Origin: Azolla caroliniana
Taxonomy: Eukaryota > Plantae > Polypodiophyta
DNA length: 64,000 nt
Assembly: GCA_043228905.1 (NCBI GenBank)
Contig: JBHGNT010000007.1
Span: forward strand, 13,764,001 to 13,828,000
Direction of reading: 5' to 3'
Under the pieces are notes generated by a model. It did not search any database, had not been told where the DNA came from, and worked only from the letters and a program-made list of their open reading frames with translations. The stretch's first letter is position 1. Every line of letters starts with the position of its first letter. Below, one piece after another: positions 62,401-64,000 of the stretch. The translations under genes were made by a program, and so were the position numbers.

Positions 62401-63905
62401 GTTCTCGGTGGTCTTGTGTGGAATGTTGCCTTGTTCTGCTTTCTCACTAAGTAATCGACACACTTCTCAAAGAGTACTCCTTTCACATGTGGGAGAAGTT
62501 CCTGGTCAGCCAAGATGTGCATTCCTTTTTCACTCATGTGGCCAAGCCTCTTATTCCATAACTCTCCACTTGACTCGGCTTTCACATTCACCTCCGACTT
62601 GCACAGTCAAGCATGCATCATATACAGTGTGCCCTCTTTCTGTGCTCATGCCACTATGAGGTTGCCACGACATAACTTCCACTTGTCATTTCGGAAATTA
62701 CCATTGTAGCCTTCGTCATCCAATCTTCCAGTCAATATCAAATTCAATCTAATATCGGGGACATGTCGAACTTCTCTCAATGTCAGTTGACAACTAGACG
62801 ACGTCGTCAAGCACATGCTTCCAATGCCTACTATCTTGCACTCTCCATGATCTCCCATCTTTACATAGTCATGATCCCCGACTATATAAGTCGAAAAATA
62901 GTCTCTCAACAGAGTTATGTGGAATGATGCACTCGAGTCGATTACCAAGATGCACTCTTCGCTTGCAAGATCTGTGCTTGCCTGCTCACAAATGAACAAA
63001 ATCTCCTCTACACTCATAGCTACTGCTGATGTGCCCTTTTCATCAGGAATCTTCTTGGGTTCGACATTATTGCCGACACTCGTCCTTCTTGATGTGCTGG
63101 CAATCCTTCTAAAATTGTCCAGGATTTCCACAATAGAAACATGTTAACTTACCTCTGGACTTGGATCTGGCATGGGACTTTTCTCTCCTTGGTGGACTCA
63201 TTTGCCGGTTCCTTCCTCTACCGAAATGTTGAGTCAAGTTTGACTCCGATTGGGCCAGGACACCCTTGTGCTTCCTTCTAGTCTCCTTGTTCAAGATGCT
63301 TGTCTTTACCGCTTGTAGAGACAAGTTCTCTTCCTGACACGAGGTGCTGAGAGTCACCACTAGATTCTCCCAGCTGTCCGGCAGGGTGCACAATAGGAGG
63401 ATGGCCTGCATTGCATCTTCGAGGGGAAACTTTGCTGCCACAAGTTGGTTCACATACCTCATGAATGTGCTGACATATTCAACTATGTTTCCCCCCTCCC
63501 TGTATTTCAATCTCACGATCTTCCTCATCAGAGATGTTTTGTTTAGGGCGTTCTTCCTCTCATATAAGCTTGACAACTTCTGCCACATCTCGTAGGCATT
63601 TGTTTCGTTCACCACATGTTTGAGGACACTTACATCGACGCACTATCGGATGGTGGCCACTGCCTTTTTGGTAAGAAGTTTCCATTCCAACTCTAATACC
63701 CTCGTGGGTGTTTCTGCTCTATTGATTGGCTCATATAGGTCTTTGACTATGAGAAGGTTCTCCATCTTTATCTTCTAGTTTGCTTAGTTCTGAGAGTTTA
63801 GAACTATCATGCATGGGAAGCCGCTCGCACCTCCTTCCATCTTCAACCTTGCTCTAATACCAATTTGTAGGTTTCTATCACCGAGATTCGATAAAGAGAA
63901 AGACC
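59418..63905 (-). mobile_element. Copia K (B/F/G family), degenerate: 3' LTR 59418-60049, PBS 63851-63862, 5' LTR from 63866
   Basis: gag-pol fragments collinear with G; PPT 60050-60063; RNase H C-terminal ~300 bp deleted. Confidence 0.92.
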
Positions 63906-64000
63906 TGCTAGAAACATATTTACAAATCCGTCTCTCTTCACGGTTCATACAAGATTCGATCGGGTCCATATGATCCGGTTTCCAAATATCCTTCTGGGTC
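63906..64000. mobile_element. Start of a further insertion (probable LTR) within the 5' LTR of K
   Basis: Match to K's other LTR stops after 40 bp at AGACC|TGCTAG. Confidence 0.5.

Overview
Plant nuclear heterochromatin, probably from a fern or other non-seed plant (inferred from the PPR motif style and the retroelement types). It contains no intact host gene and is almost entirely a stack of nested transposons whose order can be read from target-site duplications (TSDs). Copia A (47-36601) received two insertions 13 bp apart. The first is Copia B (TSD CCCAT), whose 3' LTR holds a 5.5-kb hAT (TSD CATACGCC) carrying a PPR fragment. The second is element C (14092-34976, TSD TCGG), which has Gypsy gag and integrase but is bounded by ~130-bp inverted repeats instead of LTRs. 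Gypsy D (TSD ACGT, tRNA-Trp PBS) sits in C's left inverted repeat. Athila-like Gypsy E (TSD GCAGG, extra intact 967-aa ORF) sits in D. Downstream, a left-truncated putative DNA transposon carries a spliced RING-H2 + FCP1-like accessory pseudogene and arrays of the palindrome TAGCTAATTAGCTA. A young Copia G (TSD TAATT, intact 1361-codon ORF, damaged PBS, mosaic LTRs) is inserted into it. The rest is decayed Copia/Gypsy pieces, SAM-synthetase and PPR fragments, and a plastid trnP pseudogene. The best novelty candidates are element C, the DNA transposon with its accessory gene and motif array, and the PBS-rescue signature in G. All alignments and counts were done by eye.
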